A DNA stretch of 37,819 nucleotides from a virus (IMGVR_UViG_3300044513_003620:1-37819); one strand, 5' to 3'. Positions 1 to 10,523 are shown, numbered from the stretch's first letter. Notes: generated from the letters alone by a model not told the origin. Program-made: numbers and translations.

Positions 1-1
1 A

Positions 2-316
2 AAAGAGGCAGCTAGAAAATATCAATCAGGTATGGAAGATAGATTTAAATCACTAAAGCAAGAGCAGGTTAAAGAGGATATGGTTGCTCCAATTGACGGA
101 GGATCAGGATCTCTAAATGGGCCTGGAACTGCAATTCAAACCCCAATGTCCTTAGCTGGAGATATGGATACCATGTCGCTTGCTGGACCTATGGGAGGAG
201 ATCTTACTAGATCTACTCGAAAGAAAGGAAAGAAGAAAAAGAAGTCAAAATCTAAGGGATCAACTTCGAGCTCTAAGGTGCTTACATTCCAAGACTTCAT
301 CAGAGGTAGGGGCTAA
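2..316 (+). CDS. Hypothetical protein, probably 5'-truncated; possible head/internal protein
   Basis: The frame of ORF 32..316 stays open to the window edge (KEAARKYQSGM...). It has a G/S/P-rich segment, a duplicated MSLAG, a basic K-run and a C-terminal VLTFQDFI motif. Confidence 0.6.
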   Translation, partial: KEAARKYQSGMEDRFKSLKQEQVKEDMVAPIDGGSGSLNGPGTAIQTPMSLAGDMDTMSLAGPMGGDLTRSTRKKGKKKKKSKSKGSTSSSKVLTFQDFIRGRG

Positions 317-346
317 CAATATCTCCGTGACATTCTCTAAGTGGGA

Positions 347-354
347 TATAAATA
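347..354 (+). promoter_or_regulatory. T4-type late promoter TATAAATA
   Basis: Exact TATAAATA followed by ATAAAAA, 15 nt before the ATG at 370 that opens the baseplate operon. Confidence 0.8.
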
Positions 355-369
355 ATAAAAAGCATTCTG

Positions 370-2439
370 ATGGCAGGTACAGTCGATCAACAATTTCAAT
401 TATTAGCTGAGGAATTTACTCAAGCGACCGACACAAGCGCTTTGGTCGAAAAAGTGGGTCCTGTTCCAGGTGCATCTTCTATGTTTAACCCATTTAATCT
501 ATTTAGATACAGTAAGTATGGATTAAACCAGAATGACTACCGAGCAAATCTTCATTTTGATAAAGGAGGGGAACTGTCTGACGCTGATACTATAGCCTTG
601 ATGGGAGTGAATGTTAATCCATTTGCTACCCCAGAAGATCAAAATGCTGCAAATAACTCAAGTGGATCTCAAGCAGGAGCTCAAGAAGGAAGTGAGAGTA
701 CAAGTAAGAGTTCTGCTATCGGAGAATTAAAGTCATTTGTAGATACTAGAAGATTTATTGAGAATCCAACGGCTACTAATATAATCGAGTGGTCACAGAG
801 AGAAGCAGCATCCGGGGCTAGAACTGCTAAGGGTCCTACCCCATATTCAGCATCAGACTTTTTATATTGTAGCTTATATGGAAAGGTTCCAAACAATAGA
901 TTGGTTACACTTAGAAGATATCCAATTCCAGTTGAAGATAACCTTGCAATTTCAGCCGATAAGACCCCTCTGGTTCCGATAGCCCAGGCAGTTACTTGGT
1001 ATGGACAGGATATCGATAATCCTTTAAATAGTATTCTTAATCTCAGCTGGGGGTTGAATTGGACTTCAGACTCTGCTAAAGTACAAGACATTCAGGGAAA
1101 CGAGATCACAGTTGATGAGCTAATTGCTGCTCTACCATTTGAAGTAGATGAAAAGGTAGCTCAGGTATTGAAGACTCAGATCTTCTCAGGTGGAGACAAA
1201 GTAGATATTTTGAAGCTTTCCGGATACGACGTTAACGCTCAGCAATATATCAAAGACGCATATACAGCTGAGGGTCCATACTGGAATAGAGTATTAGGGC
1301 CAGTTAATGTAATAGATTCAACCTATAGAAGAGACAGAGGATTTGTGGATAACAAGACTAATCCAGTTACGCTTAACTTCAAGTATTCACTAAGATCATT
1401 CAATGGACTGAATCCTAAAATGGTTTTTCTAGATCTCATAACCAATTTCTTAAGCTTAACTTATAACACTGCTCCGTTCTGGGGAGGTGGAGCCAGATAT
1501 TTTCAACAGACTGGAGTAACCTTGCCTGCTTTAAAGATGGAACAGAAATTCTTTGAAGGAGATATGTTAGGAGCAATTCAAACTGGTGTAGAAGAATTAT
1601 CTCAGCTTGCCAGTGCTAGACTAAATGAATTAATTAGTTTGGCCGAAAATGCCCTATCGGCTGCCGGCGGAGATGTAGATAATGAAACTGCTCTAAACGA
1701 GTATATAAACCCTAGAAAGGAAAACATTGATGCCGCAACCGAAAGAGCTCAAAGAGGTGGAAACGCTGGACCTGTAGAGAAGGCACTTGCACCTCGTCTT
1801 GGAAGACTTTTAAGAAAGCCTTTATTATATAGATCTCTATTGGATGGAAGAGCAGTTGGAGAATGGCACGTAACTGTTGGAAATCCCATGAATCCTATAG
1901 CTATGATGGGAAATTTATGTTTAGACAAAGTTACAGTAGATTTTTCTGATACACTTGGAATTGATGATTTTCCAACTGAAGTCACATTCAAAGTAACTCT
2001 CAAACACGGAAGGCCTAGAGCAAAACAGGATCTAGAATCGATATTCAATCTAGGTAACGGAGCAATGAGCTTTACTCCTCTTCCTCCTCCTAGCAGCGCA
2101 AGTAATTCATATGGGGAAGCAAATACCGCTAGGCAGAATGCAGCATTTGATGGAGTTCCTTTGAATCCGGACAGCGCACCTGCAGCAGGTCAAGGAGCAG
2201 GTATATTTGAAGCAGGTACAAGTGCAGATAAGTTAACCGCGATTAGCGATAATAAAGTTAATCAATCTGCGGCAAACGCTTCAAGTACTTTGAACAACAC
2301 AGAAGGAGGACCTAGCATAAAAGAAATATCAAAGTTGGCTGACTCGTATAGAAGCAGAGTATCTTCATTCTATGGACAAGGATACGGACGTAGCGCAATA
2401 CTACAGGATTATTTTGTTCAACTAAAAACAAAAGACTAA
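370..2439 (+). CDS. Virion/baseplate protein, possibly tail-tube initiator/cap (gp48/gp54-like)
   Basis: 689 aa, first gene after a late promoter and directly upstream of gp53-like, hub and spike genes. Function inferred from synteny only. Confidence 0.5.
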   Translation: MAGTVDQQFQLLAEEFTQATDTSALVEKVGPVPGASSMFNPFNLFRYSKYGLNQNDYRANLHFDKGGELSDADTIALMGVNVNPFATPEDQNAANNSSGSQAGAQEGSESTSKSSAIGELKSFVDTRRFIENPTATNIIEWSQREAASGARTAKGPTPYSASDFLYCSLYGKVPNNRLVTLRRYPIPVEDNLAISADKTPLVPIAQAVTWYGQDIDNPLNSILNLSWGLNWTSDSAKVQDIQGNEITVDELIAALPFEVDEKVAQVLKTQIFSGGDKVDILKLSGYDVNAQQYIKDAYTAEGPYWNRVLGPVNVIDSTYRRDRGFVDNKTNPVTLNFKYSLRSFNGLNPKMVFLDLITNFLSLTYNTAPFWGGGARYFQQTGVTLPALKMEQKFFEGDMLGAIQTGVEELSQLASARLNELISLAENALSAAGGDVDNETALNEYINPRKENIDAATERAQRGGNAGPVEKALAPRLGRLLRKPLLYRSLLDGRAVGEWHVTVGNPMNPIAMMGNLCLDKVTVDFSDTLGIDDFPTEVTFKVTLKHGRPRAKQDLESIFNLGNGAMSFTPLPPPSSASNSYGEANTARQNAAFDGVPLNPDSAPAAGQGAGIFEAGTSADKLTAISDNKVNQSAANASSTLNNTEGGPSIKEISKLADSYRSRVSSFYGQGYGRSAILQDYFVQLKTKD

Positions 2440-2440
2440 T

Positions 2441-3025
2441 ATGCTAATAAGTAAACTGATTGAAAAGAAGAAGATATTTAAGAGAATCGGCAAAGACATG
2501 ACTGACTTAATTAGCAGCACCTTTAAGTTTCCTACAGATATAAGCGGAGGTGGAGGTGGAATTCTAGTTGGAGAATACGAGAGCATGCGACCAGATTTAA
2601 TCGCAGACAGAACGTATGGAGATCAAGGAAAATGGGATGTACTCCTAAAATATAATGGAATATCTAATCCTTTCTCAATAGAATATGGAGACGTATTGCT
2701 CGGCCCTGCCGCGGCCGTATTAGATTCGATGTACGTAAATCCTAGAGAGATTAGAGAGCGAGACCAGAAAGAAGAAAAGTCTACTAGCCCGCTCTTGGAT
2801 CCAAAGTCTAAAAAGGATAAAGATCGATTAGAGAACCTCAAGAAGAAAGCCGGGATGGTTCTACCTCCTAATGTAAATAAGCCTGGAGATAAGAACGTTA
2901 AAATTAAAGACGGTAGAGTTGTATTTGGGGAGGATGTTACTGGAGTTAATAAGAAAAACTGTCCAGTTCCTATATCTAGAACCAGATTACAAGCTGCACT
3001 ATTAAAAGATAATCTTTCTATTTAA
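2441..3025 (+). CDS. Baseplate wedge protein with LysM-like domain (T4 gp53 / P2 gpX-like)
   Basis: RPDLIADRTYGDQGKWDVLLKYNGISNPFSIEYGDVL matches the gp53/tail-X LysM pattern. Confidence 0.75.
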   Translation: MLISKLIEKKKIFKRIGKDMTDLISSTFKFPTDISGGGGGILVGEYESMRPDLIADRTYGDQGKWDVLLKYNGISNPFSIEYGDVLLGPAAAVLDSMYVNPREIRERDQKEEKSTSPLLDPKSKKDKDRLENLKKKAGMVLPPNVNKPGDKNVKIKDGRVVFGEDVTGVNKKNCPVPISRTRLQAALLKDNLSI

Positions 3026-4509
3026 TGGCATTTAAGCAACAATTAAAAGTAACACAGCAGCCTAAGATAGCACAGAGAGAGCTATTCACAGCGGATACAT
3101 CCTCGGCTTCTGGACAGAATCCTTTCTATAAGTCAGGTTCTAATACTATGGGATCTGAATCTTCAGCTGGATCTACGTTCCCATACGTTATGATTAATGG
3201 AGCTCAAGTAAGTTCGATAGATTCTTTAATTGTATATGAGACTGGAATACTTCCAAAAATAAAGATCATATTTAAAGATGAATTAGGTGCCCTATCTGGC
3301 CCTAACTATCCAAGAAATAATCCAATACTTAGCCTATACATGAAGGTGTCCGGTAATTCCCTAAAGCCTATTAGAATGGATTTTTTAATCACTAGCATAA
3401 AGAGTGATCAGGATCCTTTTGCGGATGCTGAAACTGCCGGAAACAGCGCAGAGTTCATAATGAGTGGGGAAATGTATGTACCTAAAATATACAATAACTT
3501 ATCTAAGGCATATAGATCGATGGGATCCAAAGAAGCTCTACGTAAATTAGCAGCTGACTTAGATCTTGGTTTCTCGGAAAATGATAGCTCGACTAATGAT
3601 ACCATGACCTGGATTAATCCTAATCGTAACGGCCTGTATTTTATAGATCATATAGCCAGGCATTCTTATTTAGATGAGGATACTTTTTTCGATTGTTTCA
3701 TTGACAAATATTTTAACTTGACTTTTGTAAACGTTTCAGTGCAGTTACAAAATTCTAAGGAGCTAGATCTTACACCTGAACAAAGGGTTGATCCATCAGA
3801 ACTTGAATTAACTAGAAGTATTCAAGAAAAGGGAGCAGACAAAGGAACTGAGAACGCTCTTTCTGTATTGCAGTTAACTAATGATTTTAGATTTAAAACT
3901 AGACCAGAATATATCAGAGCTCATTCTCTACTTGGAGATGTTGGTTCAGTTCTCAAGAATAAAGGATATCGAAGACAGATATACTACTATGATCACATGC
4001 TTAATGATGGTGAAAAGTTTACAAAATTCTATATCAAACCAGTTGAGATTCAAGGAGCCAACGAAAAATTGAGCCTGGTTCCAGCTGATGATATCCTAAA
4101 AGATAACATGGTTAAGAAGTGGGTTAATATAGATTATGGAAATACTCATCGAGAGTGGAACGCTGCTTCATTTATAAATGATCATAATAAATCAGAGCTT
4201 AAAAAGGTAAAGCTTAAGGCTGAGACCGCAGGTATAAATTTACAAGTAGTTAGAGGTAGCTCGATTAAAGTAAATATGTTTAACACTGCTGACTCTGCGG
4301 CGATGAGAAATTCTCAAATATCTGACAAACCTAAAAAGTTTGAAGATGGAGTTGAATTTAAGAACGAAGGGGAGCAGATTGCAGATGTCTTACTAACTGG
4401 AACATACTATGTATCTGGTATAAGATACGTATATGATTCAGATACTGGATTCTCAACTGAATTCGATCTATGTAGAATGAACTGGATAGGAGAAAATATA
4501 ATTGACTAA
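3025..4509 (+). CDS. Probable baseplate hub protein (gp27/VgrG-N-like)
   Basis: 494 aa between the LysM wedge and the spike. The C-terminal LTGTYYVSGIRYVY...TEFDL beta-pattern is typical of hubs. Confidence 0.55.
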   Translation: MAFKQQLKVTQQPKIAQRELFTADTSSASGQNPFYKSGSNTMGSESSAGSTFPYVMINGAQVSSIDSLIVYETGILPKIKIIFKDELGALSGPNYPRNNPILSLYMKVSGNSLKPIRMDFLITSIKSDQDPFADAETAGNSAEFIMSGEMYVPKIYNNLSKAYRSMGSKEALRKLAADLDLGFSENDSSTNDTMTWINPNRNGLYFIDHIARHSYLDEDTFFDCFIDKYFNLTFVNVSVQLQNSKELDLTPEQRVDPSELELTRSIQEKGADKGTENALSVLQLTNDFRFKTRPEYIRAHSLLGDVGSVLKNKGYRRQIYYYDHMLNDGEKFTKFYIKPVEIQGANEKLSLVPADDILKDNMVKKWVNIDYGNTHREWNAASFINDHNKSELKKVKLKAETAGINLQVVRGSSIKVNMFNTADSAAMRNSQISDKPKKFEDGVEFKNEGEQIADVLLTGTYYVSGIRYVYDSDTGFSTEFDLCRMNWIGENIID

Positions 4510-4511
4510 GG

Positions 4512-5672
4512 ATGCATAATTTTATAGGTATAGATAACAAAATGAGGAGCTTTAGGAAGGGTCAATATCTTGATGCCTTTGACGAGCCTACATACTTAAC
4601 TTTTGCACTTGATTTTAAGTTTGATGAAAACACTACATTCGAAAGTGAGTCAATTGTTTCTGAGAATCAGTTGTGGCAAAGTCCTCTTTTTAATACTTCT
4701 AATAATGACAAGTCCTTATTAGGAGCTGCCCCATTCTTAATCAGCCGCGGATATACAGCAGAGGCCGATGGAATAAAGACGTTTAAGGAAATATTAAGAT
4801 ATCTTACATTCCAGGCTCCTTGGTATTTTCAATCTATATCAGGTCTAGACAAACTCCATGAGTATGCAACAGATCAATCTAAAGCCTGGAAAACTAAGGG
4901 AGTAACCTTAGATATTGATACGCTTGAGGCAGTAGATCTTAGAATGGCAGAAATAGCCGCAATTTATAGAAATTCAATATTTGATAACAAGTATAGACGC
5001 GAAAGAGTTCCAGATAACTTAAGATGGTTTAGCGTAGACATTTATGTAGCAGAATTTAGAAATCTAAGATATCGTCTACCTGGAGCATCTCAACAAATAG
5101 CTCAGACGTTGGGTATAAACACCGGATCTATTGGAAACATAGTTGGCGGTGGAAACATGCTGACTAATGTGATGGATCAATACGGATATATTAAATATAG
5201 CTGTAGACAATGTGAATTTGATTTTTCTAAGTCAACTCCATATGGATCCAAGATAAGTGTAGGTGGAGACAACAGACAGCAAGAATCTAATAAGTTCGGT
5301 ATAAAGGTAGGATGGGTTGAAGAAGAACACAAATTTGGAGATGGAACTAGACTATACGAAGACAGTTCTAAAACTTCGATTAGAAACCCATGGGGAGCTA
5401 GAAACATAGGATCTACTGCTGAGAATATCGGTTCATTCCTAAGTGGATTACCAGTTATAGGAGATGATTTAGCTAGAGCAGGTCAAAAGGCAATGGATGG
5501 GATAGCTAAAATTGGAGATGGGCTCGGCATAAACAAAGCACTTGAGGCAGCTGCTGAATTTATTAATCCTCCAGTTGAATCAATTGGAGACGTATATGAT
5601 ATTGGATATAGCTCAAACGGAGACACAGTACCTGAAAGAAAGGATCCTCCAAGTGGAAACGTGTACCAATAA
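4512..5672 (+). CDS. Virion structural protein, possibly tail-tube-fold baseplate component
   Basis: 386 aa in the baseplate operon. The WYFQSISGLD...LDIDTLE segment resembles tube-fold proteins. Confidence 0.45.
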   Translation: MHNFIGIDNKMRSFRKGQYLDAFDEPTYLTFALDFKFDENTTFESESIVSENQLWQSPLFNTSNNDKSLLGAAPFLISRGYTAEADGIKTFKEILRYLTFQAPWYFQSISGLDKLHEYATDQSKAWKTKGVTLDIDTLEAVDLRMAEIAAIYRNSIFDNKYRRERVPDNLRWFSVDIYVAEFRNLRYRLPGASQQIAQTLGINTGSIGNIVGGGNMLTNVMDQYGYIKYSCRQCEFDFSKSTPYGSKISVGGDNRQQESNKFGIKVGWVEEEHKFGDGTRLYEDSSKTSIRNPWGARNIGSTAENIGSFLSGLPVIGDDLARAGQKAMDGIAKIGDGLGINKALEAAAEFINPPVESIGDVYDIGYSSNGDTVPERKDPPSGNVYQ

Positions 5673-5689
5673 TAATAGTATAAATTAAT

Positions 5690-6478
5690 ATGAATCACGA
5701 CGTAAATACTAGAAATGAGGATTATGTAGATAAATCGTTCATGGGAACGATTGAAGATGCAAATGATCCAAGAAGAGAAGGACGTTGTAAGATTAGAGTA
5801 TTTGGGATTCACGATGATCTAGAGACTGACGATCTTCCATGGGCATATCCTGCTCAAAAGAGTACGTTCTTTGGTCAAGACGGTAAGGCTGGATCTTTAT
5901 CTGTACCAAAAAAAGGTGGAATAGTTATTGTAAGATTCAATAATGGGAATCCTTATTCTCCTGAGTATTATTCAATCCACGAGCTTGAGAACACTGCAAA
6001 GGAGGAGCTTGAAAAAGAGGGTGAATATCTAGGAAGTCATATCGTTCTCTTTGATGGAGACGAGGAAATTAAGATCTGGTTTACCGTAAACAAAGGTCTT
6101 ACAATGCAGCTAAAGGGATCTAGGATTAACATCAGACAAGATCGCGGAATCGAGATCGAACATTCAGGTACGAGCTCATCTATTGAACTTAGTGGCGGTG
6201 ATATAAATATTCAATCTCAATCAACCGTAAACATCACCTCGGGCAACGAGATAGTCACTACGTCAAACCTTGTTCATCTAGCAGGTAATCAAACAATAGT
6301 TGGAGAAGGTAATTTAGCGCCGGAGAAAGCAGTTCTAGGAGAATCCCTATTTGCTTGTTTATATCAGTTAGCAAGTTTAATTGATGCAAAGGTTCCAACA
6401 AGCGGCGGTGCAGCAGTTGGACTAGTAAAGACAGCTGAAGTGGCAGCCTTATCTAATACTGTTGTAATACACAAGTAA
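5690..6478 (+). CDS. Baseplate central spike, gp5/gpV-like OB-fold plus beta-helix, no lysozyme domain
   Basis: FMGTIEDANDPRREGRCKIRVFGIH..LPWA...VPKKG..VIVRFNNGNPYSPEY is the gp5 OB-fold motif, followed by repeated beta-strands. Confidence 0.8.
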   Translation: MNHDVNTRNEDYVDKSFMGTIEDANDPRREGRCKIRVFGIHDDLETDDLPWAYPAQKSTFFGQDGKAGSLSVPKKGGIVIVRFNNGNPYSPEYYSIHELENTAKEELEKEGEYLGSHIVLFDGDEEIKIWFTVNKGLTMQLKGSRINIRQDRGIEIEHSGTSSSIELSGGDINIQSQSTVNITSGNEIVTTSNLVHLAGNQTIVGEGNLAPEKAVLGESLFACLYQLASLIDAKVPTSGGAAVGLVKTAEVAALSNTVVIHK

Positions 6479-6479
6479 A

Positions 6480-7103
6480 TTATTTAGAGTATAGATTGCC
6501 TATACTCTCGTATCTCATTAATTTATTAAGTCTGGAATCTGGAGTTACTGATATCATCTTGTAACCTAGATTTTTCATTTTCTCAAAGTTTTTGTATATT
6601 AGATTGAATCTAATATCGTACCATTTCTTATCGTGATGATTTAGAAAGGTATTGCTTTCTGATTTCCAAAAGTGGCTAGGGTTAGTCCACTTTAAATTTA
6701 TACCCGCAAAATAAAATTGGTAATCAGATATGGATAGCCCCCTAAGATGATTATCTCTAAATATTCGAACTGAGTTAGAAACTGAATCTGGAAAACCAGA
6801 TCTATCACTCATTGGATATATTCTAAGCCAATCGGGAAGTTTTTCTTTAAAATCCCTTTTAATCCATTCGCTAGTGTAGCATTTGCTATTTTGGATGAGA
6901 TTATTCTTAATACCCTCGTTTTCACCACGATTGAGTTCTCTTAGAACAACATGGTCGTTAAAAAAGAAGTAATCTGGAGTGTGTTTTAACCATATTCGAT
7001 TTACTCCGATAGTTATTATATCAGGGTCGAGATTTGAAAAGTTAATATCATTAATTTGAGGTCCGTTACCTAAGACTAATACTCTGTTTTTCCTTCTAGC
7101 CAA
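6480..7103 (-). CDS. CstII(GT42)/Maf-like putative CMP-ulosonate glycosyltransferase, paralog 1
   Basis: VLVLGNGPQINDINFSNL..ITIGVN..PDYFFFND and YFAGINL..HF resemble the GNGPS...GxDF sialyltransferase/Maf (MptE-like) fold. Confidence 0.65.
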   Translation of the reverse strand: MARRKNRVLVLGNGPQINDINFSNLDPDIITIGVNRIWLKHTPDYFFFNDHVVLRELNRGENEGIKNNLIQNSKCYTSEWIKRDFKEKLPDWLRIYPMSDRSGFPDSVSNSVRIFRDNHLRGLSISDYQFYFAGINLKWTNPSHFWKSESNTFLNHHDKKWYDIRFNLIYKNFEKMKNLGYKMISVTPDSRLNKLMRYESIGNLYSK

Positions 7104-7384
7104 TCTTTGGAGTTTATGTTTTTATCGTCTATAAAGACATCATATGCTGGCTTTCCCATCTTGAGTTCAGTATATTTAGCTCCCCAACTTAACAATTGTT
7201 TTTCTGTTAGATCCCTCCAATCTATTCCGGTGACAGTTCCTCTAGCCGTCCAATACACTATAATATTGCCTGCTTCATATAATAAATTTACCTTATCTAT
7301 TGCCTCTTTAATTGGGACTGCGGTCTGATAATTGGTCCCAAGAGTTGTGCAAATAGTATCGTCTATGTCTACGTAAATTATCAC
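7076..7384 (-). CDS. Capless HAD phosphatase (capsule-biosynthesis phosphatase type)
   Basis: HAD motifs: DIDDT (I), WTARG (II), GKP (III), FIDDK (IV). Confidence 0.8.
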   Translation of the reverse strand: MIIYVDIDDTICTTLGTNYQTAVPIKEAIDKVNLLYEAGNIIVYWTARGTVTGIDWRDLTEKQLLSWGAKYTELKMGKPAYDVFIDDKNINSKDWLEGKTEY

Positions 7385-7671
7385 AATAATTCGATTATTA
7401 TATTATTATCCTCTTTGTACTTTTCCCAATCTTGACTTGACATCAGGTCTGGAAATCTCTTACCTTTATTGCATGATTCCTTTGAGTATAACTTTCCTGG
7501 TACGCTACAGCCGCATTCAATGCAATATCCAAATTTCATGCAGTCATCTTTGCATATTTGAGATCGATATAATACCTGTTCCTTTTGAGCTTGGGATATA
7601 ATATTGAACGATGCTCCGAGCATCTTTAGGTTGCCTTCAACAAATTGATATACTTTCTTCGGTGTTATCAT
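7381..7671 (-). CDS. Small Cys-rich putative metal-binding protein
   Basis: C-x3-C...CIECGC...K....C pattern in 96 aa; translationally coupled on both sides. Confidence 0.6.
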   Translation of the reverse strand: MITPKKVYQFVEGNLKMLGASFNIISQAQKEQVLYRSQICKDDCMKFGYCIECGCSVPGKLYSKESCNKGKRFPDLMSSQDWEKYKEDNNIIIELL

Positions 7672-8537
7672 GATCCTCTTAAACTTTTTCTTTTTTCAAG
7701 TTCTGAACCTATAACCTCCCTAGGTCCATATCCTCCCATTGCTTTTTCAATATCCCTGATTCCTTTTACCAGCTTAATCAGTCCACTGGGTTCAACTGAC
7801 GCCATTTGATCAGATCCCCAAAGTGCTCTATCCAGGGTTATATGTCTCTCTACCCATGTTGCACCTAAACATACTGCTGCCATTGTTGTAGTTAATCCAA
7901 ACTCATGACCTGAGTATCCGACATCCACATGTTCATGCGAATTATCCGCAAGCCACTTAATATATTCCAAGTTAAGTTCATCAACTTTGGATGGGTAAGT
8001 AGAATTAGTATGCATGATTACATCAGGATCGCATGCTTCTACGCATTCGTCAATTTCCTCCTGATTACTCATCCCAGTGCTAATAATGAGAAGATCAGAT
8101 TTATCTCTTGCATATGAGCATAGATCAAGATCAGTTATAAGGGCTGATGGGATTTTCATTATGTAGGATCCATAATTAGAATATCCATTATCCACAATGA
8201 AATCAACTGAAGATTTATCCCACACAGATACAAACCAGCCAATTCCTTTTTTTCTACAGTATTCGTCAATCTCATCGAATTCTTCTTTTCCAAATTCAAT
8301 ATCAAACTTATATTGTAGGTAAGTAGTTTCATCTTCTCTCCAGGGTACCTTCTTTGCTTTTAGTTTTTGTTCTTCTGGAACACAAATATCTGGGTTTCTT
8401 TTTTGGAATTTAACCCAGTTACATCCGGCTACACATGCAGCATCTATTAGCTTTTTAGCATTGTCTAAGAATTTAGAGGTATCGTCTCCATATGCGAAAT
8501 TAATTCCTATTTCCGCGATAATTTTAGTTTTACTCAT
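7668..8537 (-). CDS. neuB: N-acetylneuraminate/nonulosonate synthase (NeuB family), short form without C-terminal AFP/SAF domain
   Basis: IIAEIGIN, VKFQKR, KIPS, ISTGMS, MHTNSTYP, GYSGHE, ERHITLDR..WGSDQ; 289 aa. Confidence 0.95.
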   Translation of the reverse strand: MSKTKIIAEIGINFAYGDDTSKFLDNAKKLIDAACVAGCNWVKFQKRNPDICVPEEQKLKAKKVPWREDETTYLQYKFDIEFGKEEFDEIDEYCRKKGIGWFVSVWDKSSVDFIVDNGYSNYGSYIMKIPSALITDLDLCSYARDKSDLLIISTGMSNQEEIDECVEACDPDVIMHTNSTYPSKVDELNLEYIKWLADNSHEHVDVGYSGHEFGLTTTMAAVCLGATWVERHITLDRALWGSDQMASVEPSGLIKLVKGIRDIEKAMGGYGPREVIGSELEKRKSLRGS

Positions 8538-9604
8538 TTTTTCTTTATTTTTTTAACTATTTCATCTACAATTAAATTTGATGAAATTTTCATTTTTTCT
8601 ATTTTTTCAGTTTGCAATTTACGATATTTAGAATCAATCGATTTAACTAACGTAATTAGTTTTTTATCTAAATTAGAATCTGACGCGTTAACTGCATAGT
8701 CGTTAAATCCAACATCTTGCATAAACCCTAAATTTTTATCGTGTGAAACTAACGATATTACTGGAACATTTATTCCAAATGGACATATATTTCCATGACC
8801 GCGTTGGCCAATTACAACATCCATTTTACTATAAAATCCCATAACTTCAGTAGCTTCAACTAGATCTAATTTTAGTGGAATAGATCTGAATCCGCTGAAG
8901 TTTAATTTAATAAAATCGTCATCAATTGGACAATGTGGAACTAACCAGCATGTATATTCTTGATTATTCAAAATGAAGCTTTTTATATTTTTAATAAATT
9001 TAGTTACCTCATCTTTATTTTTAAATCTATGGTTGAGCCGATCTGCTGCGATTTGTATTGCTATATTCTTATCATTTTTAACTAATTTAGATAGTTTTCC
9101 ATGTTTAGACTTGACATACAAACCAGGATCAGGTACTTCATTTATTATAGATTCATCTATTTCAAGAAATTTAGAAAGTCTTTTTTTAGATCCGTCATTT
9201 CTTACTGAAAAATGAATTGCATGATTCATCATATCTAGTATAGACTCTTTTGCTATTTTAGGTAAGTCATTTTCTCCTCTGAATACGTTATATCCGACTC
9301 CGTACACAATAAGAGGTTTTTTGAGGTATTTTAGATTTTCTGTGTCCATCATTATTAGAGTTCCACTTGTATCTTTTTTTCTATCGAGTATGCTTTTCGG
9401 TGCATGTAATAATCCGCCGCCACCGATGATTAGACCATCGTAGTTTCTGTTTATCTCGTTTATTAGCCTTAAATCTATAACAGTTGATCTAAGTGGTCGT
9501 AAATGTAATTTACAATGTTCTTTAAAGAGCTGTCTTACTCCTAAGATTAGTGCATTATCACCGACATTATGTAATGGTGCAGCAAGGTGTAGTAAATTTT
9601 TCAT
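8534..9604 (-). CDS. Polysaccharide pyruvyl transferase family protein
   Basis: NVGDNA, IIGGGGL, YGVG, SVRNDGS, VPDPG and RGHG motifs. Confidence 0.85.
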   Translation of the reverse strand: MKNLLHLAAPLHNVGDNALILGVRQLFKEHCKLHLRPLRSTVIDLRLINEINRNYDGLIIGGGGLLHAPKSILDRKKDTSGTLIMMDTENLKYLKKPLIVYGVGYNVFRGENDLPKIAKESILDMMNHAIHFSVRNDGSKKRLSKFLEIDESIINEVPDPGLYVKSKHGKLSKLVKNDKNIAIQIAADRLNHRFKNKDEVTKFIKNIKSFILNNQEYTCWLVPHCPIDDDFIKLNFSGFRSIPLKLDLVEATEVMGFYSKMDVVIGQRGHGNICPFGINVPVISLVSHDKNLGFMQDVGFNDYAVNASDSNLDKKLITLVKSIDSKYRKLQTEKIEKMKISSNLIVDEIVKKIKKK

Positions 9605-10523
9605 TATCTGTTATTTTTTTATACTCACGAATGATGTGTGTCTTTGGAATTTGTTTACTTACTAGTGTATTTATAAATCTTTCGTTTGCTTTGACATTTA
9701 GTTTTGCATCAATTATGTCCTTAAAAGATTTACCGTATCCTTCTATTACAATTCCTTTATTTGAAAATAGATCTAGTCCAAATGCAACTGTCTTGTGATT
9801 CATGTATATCGATTCCATTAAAAACGTACTGTTTATTCCTGCTACAAATAATGATCCCTTTATAAGGGATGACTTAGAATAACCACTGTCTGTAATATCT
9901 ACTACATTTGGTAATTTTGGTATATCAATTCGATTTTTATTATCGGGATGATTTTTAAACAGAATTTTAATATCTGGTGGAATCATCCTAATCATGTAAT
10001 CCACGAACTGTTCTACTTTAGAAAAATAAGGGCTCCCTATTATTAGTTTCGAATCATTATTAACTTGGAGCGGAACTAAGACGTAATTAGACAGATTGCA
10101 CACTTTTCCAACCGATAGTCTACGTGTAACTGCATCATTAACAAATGATCTAAGACTAGATGGAACTTTAACATCAGGCAATGTTTCATGTGTCATGGTG
10201 TATACGTCACTATTATTACCTATTCCATGAAAATCTAGATATAGAAAATCCTGCCATGTCAACCATCCGTTTTCAGAGAAAATTAACTTCTGATTTGGAT
10301 TAATTTTCAGTATTTTCCCTTTTATGTCTTGGTCTATTGAATCGGTTCCATTCGAAAAAACAAAATATTCAATTTTTCCATTTATTATATCGTTTCTATA
10401 TGAATTAATATCGTCTGCTGAATTTATACGTATAACCCTAACATTTGATGATACATACGACTTAAAGTACATATTTAGATGAGGAATCAATGATTTCCTG
10501 TTAGTATGAATTATTGCTATCAC
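9567..10523 (-). CDS. KpsS/KpsC-like (Capsule_synth, GT107-like) CMP-ulosonate transferase
   Basis: VPLQVNNDS (QxxxD), FKNHP (HP) and GINST..ME motifs; GTG start. Confidence 0.75.
   Translation of the reverse strand: MIAIIHTNRKSLIPHLNMYFKSYVSSNVRVIRINSADDINSYRNDIINGKIEYFVFSNGTDSIDQDIKGKILKINPNQKLIFSENGWLTWQDFLYLDFHGIGNNSDVYTMTHETLPDVKVPSSLRSFVNDAVTRRLSVGKVCNLSNYVLVPLQVNNDSKLIIGSPYFSKVEQFVDYMIRMIPPDIKILFKNHPDNKNRIDIPKLPNVVDITDSGYSKSSLIKGSLFVAGINSTFLMESIYMNHKTVAFGLDLFSNKGIVIEGYGKSFKDIIDAKLNVKANERFINTLVSKQIPKTHIIREYKKITDNEKFTTPCCTIT

Noticed and set aside
5679-5686. TATAAATT before the spike gene as a late promoter
   Set aside because: One mismatch, and only 3 nt from the ATG, so the transcript would start inside the gene.
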